DNA of 47,497 nt, from IMG/VR virus record IMGVR_UViG_3300044630_006637, positions 1 through 47,497 of that record, one strand, 5' to 3'. Both the position numbers and the translations under genes were made by a program. The notes beneath the pieces are model-generated. The model ran no database searches. It worked only from the letters and a program-made list of their open reading frames with translations, and was not told where the DNA came from. Position 1 is the stretch's first letter. Each line of letters opens with the position of its first letter. This document shows positions 15,581 to 25,257 of the stretch, piece by piece. Source of the DNA: a virus (lineage: Duplodnaviria; Caudoviricetes).

Positions 15581-16969
15581 TTACTTTCTGCGACTCGCAA
15601 GTTTATTTAATGTCGAAAGATGCAAGCCAATTGCAATCAATAGCGCTGAAATCCAGAGCATGATTCGTGCGTTACTTGACCCTGATGTTGGGAGCTTTGG
15701 CCCATGGTCATGTGTTGAATGGTCATGCAATACAATGGCGTCTGTTGTCACCGTCACAGGCGGCTCAGTGACCGTAGGAGCGGGTGTAACGACAGGTGCC
15801 TCAGTTGTAGTTGGTGCTGGTGGCTCTGTTACGACAGGCGCCTCAGTAGTGGTCGTTGGTGCTTGTGTTGTTGTAGTAGGCTCATCCCATTCAACGGTGA
15901 CAGATACAGTCTTTGCTACGCCATTGACAGTTGCAGTTGCAGTGTAAACGGCTGTTCCTGTTGCATTCGTGCGAACTGTAATTGTTGCAATACCAGCCGA
16001 GTTAGTTGTTGCTGTCAGTGTTTGCCCAGCATCAGGGCCACTGCTAACTGTGATAGTTACAACAACTCCAGCCTGTGGGACGCCAGCAAGCGTCTGCGCA
16101 GTTGCAGTAATTGTAAGATCTTCTCCTGCTCGAGGACTAGCGGGCGAGATACCAAGAGTAAATGAGCTTGGCAATGAAACGCTTCCACCGCCCACAGATA
16201 CTGCCTTACGAGTACTTGCTAGCGTTGGGTAAGGATAGTCAACAAGAACTTTAAGTGTCCCGACGTCTCCGGTAAAGAATCCGTGCCAGCAAGCAGCAAC
16301 AATTGCATTGGTAAGACCGAAGTCTGTTGAGCCGTCAGTTGTTGCATCTGGCCCACCGTTACATCCACCATTATTATAGACAGCGTTTGGGAGCAGCGCA
16401 GTTAACCAGCCATACGAACCCATGTTCGCAAAAAGCGCTCCACCAGAGTTTACAAAGTCTGCAATCTTTTCAGCATTTGCAGTAAAGAGCGCCTCCACTT
16501 GGGAAGAGCGCGACCAGTTGTCTGGCAGCCAGATAATCGCTGGGCTGTCTGCAAAAATTACTGAGTCAAAGAAAGTTGTAATAGATGCTGTTGTATTGTA
16601 AAAATTAACGACCGGCTGTGTTTCAAACAAAGCAAGATACTGCGACGAAAGAAGCGTTGACCAGTTTCCACCACAAGAGTTTGACGCTCCTTGCGCTCCT
16701 AAAATTGCAATCTTGCCATTGTGTGAATGATTGGCACCGTCATAGCCTCGCTTAAGAACTTGGGCAATGTAGCCGCCAGTTCCTTCATAGGCTGAGTGGC
16801 AAACCGGGTCCATTCCATCAAGAACAATTGGCCCACCAGCAACTGCGCTTACTGCGCCGCTTTTGAGAAAGTCAGGTCCTACAGATGAAGACCCTACAGT
16901 AAAGGCTGAAGCGCCAACAAACAAACCCGCGGCGATGAATACGCGAGACCATATTTTTTTAACTTGCAC
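15581..16969 (-). CDS. cell-wall surface protein: signal peptide, N-terminal globular domain, Big_1 Ig-like domain, Thr/Pro stalk, LPxTG-like sorting signal
   Basis: Ig-like TITAT...GVVVTITV..GP...TTNSAGIATIT; LPTSG followed by a hydrophobic helix and an RRK tail. Confidence 0.8.
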   Translation of the reverse strand: MQVKKIWSRVFIAAGLFVGASAFTVGSSSVGPDFLKSGAVSAVAGGPIVLDGMDPVCHSAYEGTGGYIAQVLKRGYDGANHSHNGKIAILGAQGASNSCGGNWSTLLSSQYLALFETQPVVNFYNTTASITTFFDSVIFADSPAIIWLPDNWSRSSQVEALFTANAEKIADFVNSGGALFANMGSYGWLTALLPNAVYNNGGCNGGPDATTDGSTDFGLTNAIVAACWHGFFTGDVGTLKVLVDYPYPTLASTRKAVSVGGGSVSLPSSFTLGISPASPRAGEDLTITATAQTLAGVPQAGVVVTITVSSGPDAGQTLTATTNSAGIATITVRTNATGTAVYTATATVNGVAKTVSVTVEWDEPTTTTQAPTTTTEAPVVTEPPAPTTTEAPVVTPAPTVTEPPVTVTTDAIVLHDHSTHDHGPKLPTSGSSNARIMLWISALLIAIGLHLSTLNKLASRRK

Positions 16970-17016
16970 GAGAGCTCCTTGTTAAGGTAGCCCTCTCCCT
17001 AAGTCTATTCTAACAC

Positions 17017-17334
17017 TTAGTGCAAGTCGGCTAGTTTGGACCGGCGAACGCGTTGCTTGTTCCTTCGCGACACATTGGGATCTTTAAGAAAACCGCCGTG
17101 ATACCGCTCGTCTTCTGTTTCGCCGCCCCAGACGCCTAGCTCATGATTTTCACGAGCGTACTGTCTGCACTGGTACATTACAGTACAAGAGCCACATATA
17201 GAAATGGCAGCAGCTTCGCGGCGAGCGCGAATCCAAGACTTTTCTTTCATTTGACCGAAAAATAACTCAGTTTGCCCTTTGCATTTTGCTTGTTCAATCC
17301 AACTAATCTCTTCCTGAGAAAGAAACTTTTTCAT
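17017..17334 (-). CDS. whiB: WhiB family regulator (paralog 2)
   Basis: W..QAKCKG..LFF...CGSCTVMYQC...GVWGGETEDER. Confidence 0.93.
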   Translation of the reverse strand: MKKFLSQEEISWIEQAKCKGQTELFFGQMKEKSWIRARREAAAISICGSCTVMYQCRQYARENHELGVWGGETEDERYHGGFLKDPNVSRRNKQRVRRSKLADLH

Positions 17335-17335
17335 A

Positions 17336-19384
17336 TTATTTGTTGTTCTCACTTACAAATTTAATTTCGCAAGCATCAGTGGTGCAGTATGCTTCACCAA
17401 TTGCATCGGCTGCCATACCAGCGTAAACACCAGAAAAGTCAATTGGGAACAATTCCATTGTGCCTTGCGTGTATTCTTCTTCAGTAATCTGTGTGTATGG
17501 CATTTGCGGGTATGTCATGTTGCCTGAAGGCAAGAATGACACTGTCTTGAGTTGCCCGTCATACATGTGCAAAACTGTTCCAACATGCTCAGACTCAGAA
17601 TCAGGGTCAAATGAAATCGTTACAGATACTGAGTTGTCTGACCAATAGCGCTGCGCAACAGCAGCAAGCGACATCTTTTCAAAGATTGTTACGTCTCGTT
17701 CTGCACGCTCGGCATCTGACTTAATTGGAAAGAACACTACGCTTGTAGTTTCTGGAGATTCAGATGCTGGTTCAACTCGGTAATTAGCCATTTTGAACAA
17801 AGGAAGCATTGGATCTTCGTTTGAAAAACGAATTGCTCGGTTAAAGAACTTTCCGCCTGGTGTCCAGTGAACTCCAGGAGATTCTCCAGCAAGAATAGAA
17901 ACTGTTCCCGAAGGCTTAACAGTTGTCATCTTGATTGATTCACGAATACCAAGCCACTCTGAATATGTAACGTCGTAGCTCTTAACTGTATTGTAGCCAG
18001 TGTCCATCCACTCACGCAAAACAGGCAGTCCAACTTTGTCAGCAAAGTTAGCAACGCCAGACATCGATGTGCCAATGCGTCGGTTACGCTGCATAATTGC
18101 GTTTGTTTCTTCCCAGTGTGTTGGAAGCAGTGTCACTGTCTTTGCATACAAGTAAGCAAACTTAAGTGTGCGCTTGTAGTCCTCAAGATTTTCGTGACGG
18201 TTTAGATATGTTTCAACAAGCGTACAGCACTCGTATGACTCAAGTGATTGTTCTGCGCATGGGTTGTAACCAGCAACGCGCCAGTCTTTATTGTTTGCTG
18301 GATCAGCAAGACGACCATACTTGCGCGAAACATCCAACCAAATAACGCCAGGCTCTCCGTTTAATGCAATACCTTCAACGATTGCTGAAAGGTCTTCACC
18401 AACTTTGGTTTCAACAGAGTTGTTTGACATCCAACCCCAACCCGGTGCGCTTGGATCGTAAGAGTTGCGCTCCGGAAACACAGCAGAGTTTTTCAAGTTC
18501 AAGAAGTTTTCATCGTCCAAACGTCCAAGCAAAAGCTCAGCAGAACGTCGTACGTTTCCAGAGACAACGCATACTCCGATGAGGTTTCCAATATCAGCAA
18601 TATCTACGCGCGAAAGTTTTTGTCCGTCACGTCCTGTAAAGATTTTGCGGATATGTTCATGCAGTTTAACTAAAGGCTCGGGGCCAGCAGCAGTACCACC
18701 AAATGTCTTAATTGGCTCACCAGCAAGACGAATCAATGAATAGTCAAACTCAAGAGCGTTTTGTTCTGGCTTCAAATAAGAGTTAATCAAATCACTTACT
18801 GACTGCACCCAACCTTCACGAGTGTCTGGAATGATTTGCGCAGTAACTTTATTGTCAAGTGGCTTGTAAATCGTAAAGTCTTTGTCTGCGCCCTTGTCAT
18901 CAAAACCAACACCAACGCCAAGCATTGATGCTTCCATAAGAAACGCAAACGGCTTTGCTGGATTATTCTTTGTCATTTCAACAGTTGAAACAAACGCACA
19001 GTTTTGCAAAGCAGCAGAGTTCTTTTGTGTGTTAACAAGCGGCGTACCCATAACCCAAAGGCCGCGCCCCGGAGGCGTCCACTTCAGATTAAACAATCTG
19101 TCGAACGCCTCCTTAGCGCTTGCCTGGGCCTTTGCATCATTCCAAGGAAGACGATTTGTTTTGCAATGATCTTTTTGCAACGAATACATTCCGTTGATAA
19201 CTCGTTCGCAAACATCAGACCATGTTTCTTTTGTACCGTCTTCTTTTAAGCGAGAGTACGTGCGAAGAAATGTAATTTCTCCAACAGAGTTTCCGCCAGC
19301 ATCGCGATACCCAAATGGTGCTTTCTTATCTCTGTACCCCGATACAAAGTCGTCGTTGATACGAAATGAGAATAGCGATGACAC
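17336..19384 (-). CDS. nrdJ: class II (adenosylcobalamin-dependent) ribonucleotide reductase, monomeric type
   Basis: FLRTYSR, PPGRGLW, ALQNCAFVS, GNVRRSA, NPCAEQ.L...CC.L.E, TVKPSGTVS, C-terminal CTTDAC. Confidence 0.95.
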   Translation of the reverse strand: MSSLFSFRINDDFVSGYRDKKAPFGYRDAGGNSVGEITFLRTYSRLKEDGTKETWSDVCERVINGMYSLQKDHCKTNRLPWNDAKAQASAKEAFDRLFNLKWTPPGRGLWVMGTPLVNTQKNSAALQNCAFVSTVEMTKNNPAKPFAFLMEASMLGVGVGFDDKGADKDFTIYKPLDNKVTAQIIPDTREGWVQSVSDLINSYLKPEQNALEFDYSLIRLAGEPIKTFGGTAAGPEPLVKLHEHIRKIFTGRDGQKLSRVDIADIGNLIGVCVVSGNVRRSAELLLGRLDDENFLNLKNSAVFPERNSYDPSAPGWGWMSNNSVETKVGEDLSAIVEGIALNGEPGVIWLDVSRKYGRLADPANNKDWRVAGYNPCAEQSLESYECCTLVETYLNRHENLEDYKRTLKFAYLYAKTVTLLPTHWEETNAIMQRNRRIGTSMSGVANFADKVGLPVLREWMDTGYNTVKSYDVTYSEWLGIRESIKMTTVKPSGTVSILAGESPGVHWTPGGKFFNRAIRFSNEDPMLPLFKMANYRVEPASESPETTSVVFFPIKSDAERAERDVTIFEKMSLAAVAQRYWSDNSVSVTISFDPDSESEHVGTVLHMYDGQLKTVSFLPSGNMTYPQMPYTQITEEEYTQGTMELFPIDFSGVYAGMAADAIGEAYCTTDACEIKFVSENNK

Positions 19385-19453
19385 GGTGAGAACTCCCGAC
19401 TAAAAGTGTTTGATAAATGATTAGAAAGAAAATTATACTTGGCAATCGCGCTA

Positions 19454-19666
19454 TCAACGTAATTCGCTATAGATTTCTTCGCAGGTTGGGCAAAGCTTAA
19501 AGTTTTCCCCGTCACGTGAAGGCACCCATATTTTGCCACATAGCGCCATAACTGGAGTCCCATACACAAATGCTTCCATCACTTCGTCTCTATCTACGTA
19601 GTGTGCAAACTTGTCGTGGTCGCCGTCAGCGTTTATGTTTAATTGTTCTTCTATCAGCTCTGACAT
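19454..19666 (-). CDS. DUF3039 family protein
   Basis: DHDKFAHYV...ALCGKIWVPSRD...CPTCEEIY, an actinobacterial family. Confidence 0.85.
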   Translation of the reverse strand: MSELIEEQLNINADGDHDKFAHYVDRDEVMEAFVYGTPVMALCGKIWVPSRDGENFKLCPTCEEIYSELR

Positions 19667-20448
19667 GATGGACACCAATATACTGTGCGTCCATCCAAAC
19701 TATCTGAAAGAATCGTAGAATTGCAAAGTAAACAAGCATTATTTGTTCTTTTATAAACGTAACTGTATTGTGTACAACCGTGTAGTTCAACACCGTGCAT
19801 TAGTAAATGCTTTTCGTCTACTGTTTTTATTTTTCCGTCTTCTGCGCCAAGCTTTAAAAGACTTACAGAATCTTTCCAAATACTTTGAAACTTTTCATAT
19901 GTCACATCTTTTCCGGGAATAAATGGAGAAAGATTGTTTAAGAAAAGAATTTCTGCGCGATACACATTTCCGATGCCAGCAATTACAGACTGATCCATTA
20001 GCAGCCCACCAATTGTTTTCTTGCTTTTGCTTATTTTTGCCCAGGCTTGTTCAGGGTCTGCGTCATCATGAATAGGGTCCGGGCCAAGTTTAGCTTTTTT
20101 CGCAATCATTTGCTCAAGAGTCATAAGCTCACAAGCTGTCGGCCCAGCCAAATCTGATACATATTCATTGTTGAACATGCGCAAGCGCGTTGAGTCTTTA
20201 GTTTCTTGATTCTTAAACTTGCGAAGAGTAAACCAACCATAAAGGCCAAGATGAACATGAAGAATGTCTTTTTCAAAATGAAGAAACAAATGTTTGCCGT
20301 GTGCAGTTGTGTCAACCATTGTCTGGTCGTTTAGTTTTGCAGCACCTTCTGCAAATCGTCCTTGCGGACTTATAGCTTTAATTTGTGTCCCGACAAACCC
20401 GTATGAATGTGTAGTCGCTAAATGTCGTATTGTGTGTCCCTCTGGCAT
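19654..20448 (-). CDS. nei: Fpg/Nei family DNA glycosylase/AP lyase (endonuclease VIII-like)
   Basis: N-terminal PEGHT, GKHLF, HLGLYG, LGPDP, H2TH LMDQ..IAGIGNVYRAE, C-terminal CxxC...CxxCQ finger. Confidence 0.92.
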   Translation of the reverse strand: MPEGHTIRHLATTHSYGFVGTQIKAISPQGRFAEGAAKLNDQTMVDTTAHGKHLFLHFEKDILHVHLGLYGWFTLRKFKNQETKDSTRLRMFNNEYVSDLAGPTACELMTLEQMIAKKAKLGPDPIHDDADPEQAWAKISKSKKTIGGLLMDQSVIAGIGNVYRAEILFLNNLSPFIPGKDVTYEKFQSIWKDSVSLLKLGAEDGKIKTVDEKHLLMHGVELHGCTQYSYVYKRTNNACLLCNSTILSDSLDGRTVYWCPSCQS

Positions 20449-20466
20449 AGATTTCTATTATACTTG

Positions 20467-21411
20467 CTAGTCAATCTTTTTCAGCGACTGACGAACCTTC
20501 TTCTGCGGAATAGTTGCTATATGAGACGTTATGTCTTCTCTGCCATAAGAAATAACATAGTCATTCCCGTATTCAATTAATCCGGCTGCAAACTCAATAC
20601 CGTCTCCGTCAAACTTAAAGTGATCGGTCATTTCAATCGGCGCGCCATTTTCATCGAATCTAATGAATACGTGTGTGTAAAACTTGTGAACGTTGTGCAT
20701 TACGCCAAATGTCGTTTGTGAAACTTTATCAAAGCGCTTGACTTTTAGTTGATGCATCAATCCAAGATATGTGCCATTGTCATACGGAACTAAGTGCGCG
20801 TTTCCTCGTAGCGCATTTAAGTTCTTATTGTCACGCAGAGTATGAATAACTTTGTTACCGACAACAACAGCATTTGCGTCGTAGATGTAATCAAAGTTTT
20901 CTGGTTTTTTGTACGCGGTCATCCAGTTTTTCTCAGGGCGCCCAGCATCAATCCCAGGAAGCAGCTCAATCTTTTCAACCTTTGTCATTTTCTTGTCAGG
21001 ATAGCAGACACAGTTTCGCGCAACAGGCGTATCACGCTCAAGAAACACTCCAGTGAAAATCCACCTTCCGTCTCTCCAAAGTAGTTTAGGGTCTTCGACG
21101 CCTCTTTCTACTTTAATACTTGCGGCTGAAAAGTCAAGCTTTCGTAAGTTCTCTAGTTCAAACTGATCATTCATCTCAGAGAACCAGACTTGGTTTTTAA
21201 TTGACCCGCTGGTAGTAACGCTCAATTCACCATGCTCAAGAATGACATAGTTACTCGAGCGAATTGCAACAGCAAGATCTCCCTTGTCAGAAATACCAAT
21301 TGATGGGTTAAACGCACTCCATGTCTTAACGTCTTTATCTACAAGACGGCGTATTTGTTTTGTTGTTCCACCAAGTTGTTCAAACGTAGAGACCACGAGG
21401 GTGCCTCTCAA
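20467..21411 (-). CDS. putative beta-propeller glycoside hydrolase/phosphorylase-like protein
   Basis: AFNPSI, GVEDPKL, EKNWM, IEFAAGL and ISYG..D motifs of GH43/GH130-like propellers. Confidence 0.6.
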   Translation of the reverse strand: MRGTLVVSTFEQLGGTTKQIRRLVDKDVKTWSAFNPSIGISDKGDLAVAIRSSNYVILEHGELSVTTSGSIKNQVWFSEMNDQFELENLRKLDFSAASIKVERGVEDPKLLWRDGRWIFTGVFLERDTPVARNCVCYPDKKMTKVEKIELLPGIDAGRPEKNWMTAYKKPENFDYIYDANAVVVGNKVIHTLRDNKNLNALRGNAHLVPYDNGTYLGLMHQLKVKRFDKVSQTTFGVMHNVHKFYTHVFIRFDENGAPIEMTDHFKFDGDGIEFAAGLIEYGNDYVISYGREDITSHIATIPQKKVRQSLKKID

Positions 21412-22189
21412 CTACACCAGAAATCTTTGGCGCAATAGATAAAAGATTATCTCCAGTGTTTGCAATCTTAAAACCATGATAGTTCAGCATGTCAACAGTA
21501 TGCGGAAGCGGGTCTTCAAAAAGATCTTCTGTCCACACCGTTGGATCAAACCCAGCGCACCTTAAAACAGCCCACAAACCTTTAACAGAATACTCGTAGT
21601 TATGGCGATTGTACTCTCTACTCTTATGATACTGCATAAAAAAGTATGGCTCGTAGCCTTGAACCATTTTTGTAATTGCACGACTGCTAAGAATGTTTGG
21701 CGTAGTTAGCATAAGCTTTCCGCCAGTCTTTAAAACTCTGTTCACTTCAGCAAGCATGAACATCGGGTCAATTTCCATATGCTCAAGAACTTCACAGCAA
21801 ATAACAATGTCATAGGTTTCATCGTCCACTGGCAAAGCGCCATACTCAAGATCTAAACCGAACGTTGTAACGGTCGCAGTCTTGTCAGCAATCCCAACAT
21901 CTTTTTGTTTGACAGAAACTTCATTACTGTCTTCTGACTTTTCATATTCAGTTACATCAATAGCTACGCTCGGAAAAAGTGACTTTAGCGTTACTGGAAG
22001 AAATCCGCTGGTGCCAAGCTCAAGAACCTTGCACCCTTCGCCGGCCTCCGCCACCAGGTCACTTACAATGTGGGCGGTTCTTGCAAGCCGGGCCTTGTGA
22101 ACTTTATGATACGAGTCACCGTGATCTAATAAAGGCCTGACAACGTCTAAAACGTTCTGGCTAATTCCTAAATACGGTTTTGATTTCAC
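21380..22189 (-). CDS. class I SAM-dependent methyltransferase
   Basis: VLELGT, YDIVICCEVLEH, RVLKTGGKLMLTTPN. Confidence 0.88.
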   Translation of the reverse strand: MKSKPYLGISQNVLDVVRPLLDHGDSYHKVHKARLARTAHIVSDLVAEAGEGCKVLELGTSGFLPVTLKSLFPSVAIDVTEYEKSEDSNEVSVKQKDVGIADKTATVTTFGLDLEYGALPVDDETYDIVICCEVLEHMEIDPMFMLAEVNRVLKTGGKLMLTTPNILSSRAITKMVQGYEPYFFMQYHKSREYNRHNYEYSVKGLWAVLRCAGFDPTVWTEDLFEDPLPHTVDMLNYHGFKIANTGDNLLSIAPKISGVVERHPRGLYV

Positions 22190-22289
22190 TCCATTATTCT
22201 ACATCAATTATGGCTCATAGGCCAGAATAGTGGCCTTGAATTTGAACTATAATGTTCTAAATATTCACCTTCCCTATATGGAGTATGAC

Positions 22290-23087
22290 ATGGCACGTAA
22301 GTACACCGGAAACTCAGATGGCGTCAGCAAGAATGGCACCAAGCCTGGCTTGAAGCTATTTATGGATTTAGCACGTAAGCGCTGGGGCTTTTCTGATCTT
22401 GGAAGCTTTTCAAATCGCCGCATGAACAATGCAGCAGCAAAAGCCAATCCAAACGATCCAAAGTATTTGTCCGTGCATGCGACAGGGCGCGCCTGTGACC
22501 TTGGCTACAAAGATCGCAAAGCAGCCGTTCAAGCTTGGGAATGGTGCTTGCAGTACACCAAAGAACTTGGCATTGAAGAAATTCATGACTATGCCTTCGA
22601 CCCAGACGGTAGTGGCCCAGGTAAGCCTTGGGGACGCGGCTACCGTTGCTCTCGCGGAGAAGGCGCAAAAGGCGTAACAATTTACAGCGAAAGAAACAAC
22701 GCTGGCACACCGGGTGGAAAGTGGCTTCACTTTGAATTGTCTCCTGAAATGGCGAATGACCCAGCAAAACTGCAAGCCGCTTGGGATGCACTCCCAGCCC
22801 CAGACGGGACAGTAAAAGCCGGTCGACCATTGATCCAGCCAAATCCTGCCTCAGCACCAAATGCAGGCCGCCCAGCGGCTCCTGTTGCCGGCCCAGCGTT
22901 CCCTGGAGATCTTGATGTCGGTTCTAAAGGCGAAGCAGTAAAACTGGTTCAAGCAAAAGTCGGAGCAACTCCTGATGGTGACTTTGGTCCACGAACTGGC
23001 GAAGCAGTTTCACGCTGGCGCGTAGCAAACGGAATGTCAGCAGGCACCAAGGTCGGCCCTAAGACATGGACAGCGATGTTTGGCTGA
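22290..23087 (+). CDS. endolysin: M15-type Zn peptidase + peptidoglycan-binding domain
   Basis: SVHATGRACD and WLHFE Zn-ligand motifs; C-terminal GSKGEAVKLVQ...DGDFGPRT...VGPKTW. Start set at MARKY. Confidence 0.82.
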   Translation: MARKYTGNSDGVSKNGTKPGLKLFMDLARKRWGFSDLGSFSNRRMNNAAAKANPNDPKYLSVHATGRACDLGYKDRKAAVQAWEWCLQYTKELGIEEIHDYAFDPDGSGPGKPWGRGYRCSRGEGAKGVTIYSERNNAGTPGGKWLHFELSPEMANDPAKLQAAWDALPAPDGTVKAGRPLIQPNPASAPNAGRPAAPVAGPAFPGDLDVGSKGEAVKLVQAKVGATPDGDFGPRTGEAVSRWRVANGMSAGTKVGPKTWTAMFG

Positions 23088-23113
23088 CATAAGTCAGTAA
23101 ACAAAAGGCCGTC

Positions 23114-23365
23114 ATGAACGAGATCATTGTTGCATCAATAGGCACAATCGGTTTAATTGCCGTTGCGCTCATTGAAACAGCTCGTCGCACCAATAACAAG
23201 CGATGGGAAGACAATAAAGCAGATCACAATTTTGTTGTTGACAAAATTGATGAGATGGGTAAAAGTCTTGGACGCTCAATTGATCGCGTAGAAGCTACGT
23301 CCTTGCGCACTGAAAATAAGTTAGACCAACACATTAATGACCATGTCACAGGAAAGCTAGACTAA
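23114..23365 (+). CDS. small membrane protein (holin/XhlA-like)
   Basis: N-terminal TM plus coiled coil ending LDQHINDH, directly after the lysin. Confidence 0.65.
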   Translation: MNEIIVASIGTIGLIAVALIETARRTNNKRWEDNKADHNFVVDKIDEMGKSLGRSIDRVEATSLRTENKLDQHINDHVTGKLD

Positions 23366-23469
23366 ACATGAAAGTCAAAGCAACTGTTTATAGTGCTTTG
23401 GCAGTTATGTGGGTTCTGGGTTTAACAGTCGGCAGAGTAAGTAAAAGATAAGTAACGGGGGAAATAATA

Positions 23470-23688
23470 GTGGGCAAGAAAAAGAAATCAAGTAAAGATC
23501 GCGCAGGACAGCGCGTTCGCATCAATCCATTAACTGGTGAAACAGAAACAGTACCTGGTACACGCTCTGGAAAAAATCGTCAGTTACTTTCGCCAGGACA
23601 TCCACTGCGCACACACGATCGAAACCCAGCAGGTTCAAAACAAAAGCGTCACGAAGCGCTTATGAATCGCGACAAATCGAAAGACTAA
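23470..23688 (+). CDS. small basic hypothetical protein
   Basis: 72-aa Lys/Arg-rich ORF. Confidence 0.6.
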   Translation: MGKKKKSSKDRAGQRVRINPLTGETETVPGTRSGKNRQLLSPGHPLRTHDRNPAGSKQKRHEALMNRDKSKD

Positions 23689-23794
23689 CGACACACGAAA
23701 TATTGGCCACCTCCGTCAACAGGCAGAGTCTGAAAGGAAATAACTGCGGCGGAAAAGTTCAATTCACAGTGTAGCAGATCTAAGCGCTACCTTA

Positions 23795-23843
23795 GGGGGA
23801 TGTTCCCTGCCGCTCGGAGGTGACGGCAGGGCATCTCCCTTTT
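23795..23843. terminator. terminator-like hairpin between convergent genes
   Basis: GGGGGATG..CCCTGCCG / CGGCAGGG-CATCTCCC followed by TTTT. Confidence 0.65.
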
Positions 23844-23864
23844 AGAGGTAAGTTTAGTTTATTA

Positions 23865-24995
23865 CTATTTCAATGCCCAAGGCGTCCAGCCAGTGGCTTT
23901 TCTTGTTGACAACATACTCATTGTCCAAACTTCGTACGCAGCGCGCATATTTTTCTGCGGATTGTATAAATCATTTACAGAGTTAATGACGCCAGCTTTA
24001 ACAAGTTTACGCACCCAAAAACCATTGATTTGCATTAAGCCATGTGACCCGCCTCTTGGGTCCTTGCTATTTTTAACTTTTGCATCACAACGTGATTCAC
24101 GCCACATAACATAAGACGCTATGCGAATTTGGTTTTCTGGAAATCCTGCATTAAATAAATCTTGCTCGTACTGTGGGCAACGCTTCGTGTCATTCTTTAA
24201 ATGCGCTCTTACATTTGCTGGCCGTACAAGTTTCGGTGCTGGTGCAAGCCTTCTGTCCAAACCATTTTTTATGATGTAATTTTGATGAGCAGCCCAAGTG
24301 CGTGCATCGTACTTGCCTGTTGCTTTAATTCTAAGAAGCGCTTGAAGGTCTTTTACAACACGACCAGTCTGTCCCCACTTAAATCGCTGAGCAATAACAG
24401 TGTCTTGCGTGTGAACCATTAAAGCAGGACGTCCGCCAGCGCATGGTAAAGCGCCCCAGCCGTTAAATCCCACAGGTTTTCTAAAGTGAGGTCGATTGTT
24501 AACTCTGTCATCTAATGTCAAGTAACTGTCTTTTGACTGCCACCCAAAAATAGCAACTCGGTTTGCAACGATAATTTGTTCTTCGCGCGTGGCCTTGTCT
24601 GGCGTTCTTGCAAACTCGTGACCGCCCCAACGTTTCCACGTAGAGCGAGCAATTCCAAGACCGCCAGCCCAGTTGCCACCGTTCTGCCAGTTTCCGTGTG
24701 TTTCACACCAGGCAAGTCTGTCCCAGAATGTGTCAGGCGGAATCGGCTTTGGGTTTAGCGCGAGTGGGACTATAGCCAAAGGCGGCGCAATGTCATAGTT
24801 AATGACAGGCGCAGACCCAGCGCTTTGACCGCTGGTTTCTGTAGTTAGGTTTGCTGAGCTTTGAACCTGTACCACCGAAGTGGTACTAGGAGGCTCCTTA
24901 GGCTGGTCCGAAGTTTTCACAACGGACGCCATTGCTCCGCCGCTCACTCCAACGGTTCCTGCAATAGTTAATAGCAAAGCAGTTAGCAGTTTCAT
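23865..24995 (-). CDS. secreted dual lytic transglycosylase: Rpf-like domain + PG-binding region + SLT-like domain
   Basis: Signal peptide; WDRLAWCETHGNW..GGL....TW..GG...A.REEQI..A (Rpf); WRESRC...GLMQIN...LYNP..N.RAA...W.PW (SLT). Confidence 0.85.
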   Translation of the reverse strand: MKLLTALLLTIAGTVGVSGGAMASVVKTSDQPKEPPSTTSVVQVQSSANLTTETSGQSAGSAPVINYDIAPPLAIVPLALNPKPIPPDTFWDRLAWCETHGNWQNGGNWAGGLGIARSTWKRWGGHEFARTPDKATREEQIIVANRVAIFGWQSKDSYLTLDDRVNNRPHFRKPVGFNGWGALPCAGGRPALMVHTQDTVIAQRFKWGQTGRVVKDLQALLRIKATGKYDARTWAAHQNYIIKNGLDRRLAPAPKLVRPANVRAHLKNDTKRCPQYEQDLFNAGFPENQIRIASYVMWRESRCDAKVKNSKDPRGGSHGLMQINGFWVRKLVKAGVINSVNDLYNPQKNMRAAYEVWTMSMLSTRKATGWTPWALK

Positions 24996-25257
24996 GATTG
25001 GTACTCCTAGGTGTTTGTGCCCTCTAGGGATATTTCCACTATAACTACTTTTCGCGGCAAAAAGTGAATCTTTTTATTATAAAGATGCTCTAACCGTTGC
25101 CAGCCATAGAAAAAAACCTAGAAAAAAATGTTTCTACCGAACTTTATGGATTTCAGCCTACTTTTTTGATCAAAGTGTTACACCACAAGGGTTTCTTCCG
25201 TATAGGATTAACATTAACGGTATACAACAGAAGTTGTACAAAACAACGAGGAAAGCC

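Noticed and set aside
17336-19384. Intein or intron in nrdJ (or in the primase)
   Set aside because: Lengths and motif spacing look normal, with no splice-junction or homing-endonuclease motifs.
23700-23850. c-di-AMP (ydaO) riboswitch associated with the rpf-like gene
   Set aside because: The element is downstream of the gene rather than in its leader, and I could not match the ydaO consensus.
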